Below, piece after piece: positions 61,555-64,000 of a stretch of 64,000 nucleotides of DNA. The first letter of the stretch is position 1. Each line of letters starts with the position of its first letter. This DNA comes from Azolla caroliniana (Eukaryota > Plantae > Polypodiophyta): the NCBI GenBank assembly GCA_043228905.1, contig JBHGNT010000001.1:14136001-14200000 (forward strand), given 5' to 3'. The position numbers were made by a program, and so were the translations under genes. The notes below the pieces were generated by a model. The model saw only the letters and a list, made by a program, of their open reading frames with translations, did no database searches and was not told the DNA's origin.

Positions 61555-64000
61555 AAATTCCTCTAGTTTGTGCTTATTAAGCTAATCTCTAGTAGCGGTC
61601 AAGAGTGCCTTTGGTCCTGTATCTTCTACTTCGGCTTCGCAGCTGCTGGTGAATGTTGGGGCTCTATTGATCGCCTCCACTCATCCGGAAGCCTGTGTGC
61701 TCTGTTGCGTTCTCAAGATCTTGCATTCGCGAAATGAGACTCCTTCATTCGTCCGTACGTTTTGTGCCCCCATCTTTCGCCACCGCCTCTTCTTGATTCC
61801 CGCACATGCACGTCGTGTAGAATAATAGCATTATGACTCCATGTGGTGCGCTTTAAATGGATGATGTCACACCTCTTCGTTGTGGCCGTTTAAAATCTCG
61901 AATAGTATCTTTTGTTTTGTTTTGGTTTTTTTCTTCTCTCGTACAACCTGAAGTACTTTGCCATACCAAGTGTCGTTACGTCATTGTTTGGTGTCTAGCT
62001 GGACTGGTTCCATCATCGATGGAAGCTCACTAGTCATTGTGTCATTGTCGATTTGTTGGTTTTGTCGTTGCTATGTTTCTTGGAACGGGTTCTTAGGCAT
62101 CTGTCCTTTGTACAGTTTTAGCCAGAACACGTTAACCCATTTTTTTAGTATCTCGCTAGCCAGCGTGCCAAGTTGGTAAGAGCCGTTGAACTCCTTTGTA
62201 ATCCAAAATGATCCGGTCCACCCGAACTGCAGCTTCCTCGGCATGTTGCCCATCCCGGTTTGGAATACCAATAGCGGCCTACCAATACCGAATTCCTTCT
62301 CATTGTCGTGCCTATGCCGGTCCAGAAAAGCTCCAATTGCAACAGCCCCAATTGCAATAGCTAGCTATCCAGTGCTCCTCTAATTCGCACAGTGTTGCCA
62401 ACCGGATATTTTCGAATTCCTTTTCACTCAATTGCTCCCGGACATGGATTTGTAAGTTGGGAATCTGGAACTCCATAAGCATGACGGCCTCTAGCCCTAA
62501 TGCCAATCGGAACGGTGTCGTCCAAATCCTCGTTTTATACGTCATTCAATAAGCCCATAATGCATTGTGTAATTTGGTGTCCCAGTCCGTCCGGTTTTCA
62601 TTTACAATTTTTTGGAGAATGTTCTAGAGGGTCTTGTTCATTGATTCTGACAATCCGTTTGCTTGTGGGTAGTATGGCGTACTGCATTTATGAACTACCG
62701 CACAGAATGTTGTTAGGCTTTCCACAACGTGACCTAGGAAATATCTACCCTAGTCGTTGATCAGCTCGATTGGACATCCGTACCGGCACCATATATACTC
62801 ATACAGAAATTTTGTGATCGATGGCGCGGTGTTGACCTAGAGCGCTTTTGCTTCCACCTATTTTGTACAATAGTTAGGGGCTACAATGATGTACTGGTTT
62901 CTTGAAACAGTTCTAATGGCAACAACGGTTGATGGGGCATCTGGGCTTGTTCTGTTGGTTGGCCCAACCGTTGGCAGAGATCACACTCTTTACAATACCG
63001 AACTGCATCCTTGAGGTTTGTCAGCCAGCATCGCCCGTTGCACCAAATTTTCCGGGCGGTAGCGCCCCGGCATAATGCCCATCGGCAACTCCACAATGGG
63101 CCTCCCGTAGGATCGCTCCCTTTTCATCACTTCTTACCGTGTGGTACAATGTATCCTGTATCAAACGAAAATGGCGACTTTAGATTGCCCAGCGTTTCCG
63201 TTCGTCCCGACTCAGCTCTTCTAGAGGCAGTCTAGTTATCAGGAACTGATGCATGTCAGTGAGCCATTTATCCTCACCGTCCACTATCTCATCTACCACC
63301 GTTTCCATGGTAACCTTGAATAGCTTGGCATCCGAGAACTCATCTCTCACTCCATCCCCTGCTTCTCCGGATTCCAATTGGCTCAAGTAGTCTGCCACCA
63401 CGTGTTGTACTCCCGGTCAATGGTGTATCTCGAACTCGAACTCCTACAATAGTAGTGTCCACCTTGCTAATTTTCCGGTTAATGACTCCTTGAATACCAG
63501 AAGGATCAGTGTTGAGTGGTTCACATGGATTCAAACCTTGTGTCCTAATAGATAGTGGCGGTACTTGGTGACGTTGTACACCATCCCTAGGGCTTGTCTC
63601 TCCATTGTCGAGTAATTCCGTTCGGCTTTCGAGAGTTTCTGGCTTGCATAATACACCAGTCGGTACCACTTTGGTTTGGTAAGCTGCATGAGAACACTCC
63701 CAATTGCTATCTCTGATGCGTCCACGAACACATGAAAATCTTTCATCCAATCCGGAAGTTGCACCACCGGAGCTTGTTACAACATCACCTTTAACACTTG
63801 ATACGCTTTTTCTTCTTGCTCCATCCATTGAAAGGGTATGCGGTGCGCGACTGCATGTAATGGAGTTGCAAAGTCTGCTAAGTATCGGAGCATCCGATTG
63901 TGCCACCAGATCTGACCTAAGAACCGGCTCAATGCTTTGGCATTAGTCGATGTTGGTGCTTATAAGATGGCTTTTACCTTGTCTGGGTCAACCACAATTC
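61555..64000 (-). mobile_element. Degenerate Athila/Tat-like Gypsy (RH, integrase, 3' region), continues beyond the window
   Basis: FHVFVDASEIAIG...WYRLVYYASQKLS, YCKECDLCQRLGQP, WTGSFWI; related to 21223-27024. Confidence 0.88.

Overview
No host (cellular) gene is recognisable. The window is a continuous nest of plant LTR retrotransposons; the protein and PBS style suggests a non-seed land plant (inference only). About seven families are present. Copia-A occurs at 1-3235 and 44122-44390. Copia-B is Tnt1/Tork-like, with 7 LTR copies and a full-length copy at 13650-19049. Copia-C (55188-60644) is young and almost intact. A chromodomain Ty3/Gypsy family occupies 7347-21222 and 48651-61554, and a Tcn1-like chromovirus lies at 44391-47650. 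An Athila/Tat-like non-chromovirus lies at 21223-27024 and 61555-64000. A tRNA-Trp-primed Ty3/Gypsy with a 4-bp TSD lies at 29963-36686, with a deleted relative at 4071-7346. The most striking structures are: (1) a 10.3-kb inverted chromovirus segment bounded by two LTR ends and an inverted 5-bp TSD inside integrase, the footprint expected from autointegration or nested insertion plus inversion; (2) a 465-bp near-perfect LTR-derived palindrome centred on a mini-hairpin; (3) tRNA-like A/B-box modules in the LTR/leader of three different elements; (4) a Gag carrying a repeated acidic insert in a pol-less element. All coordinates were read by eye, and lineage names are tentative.
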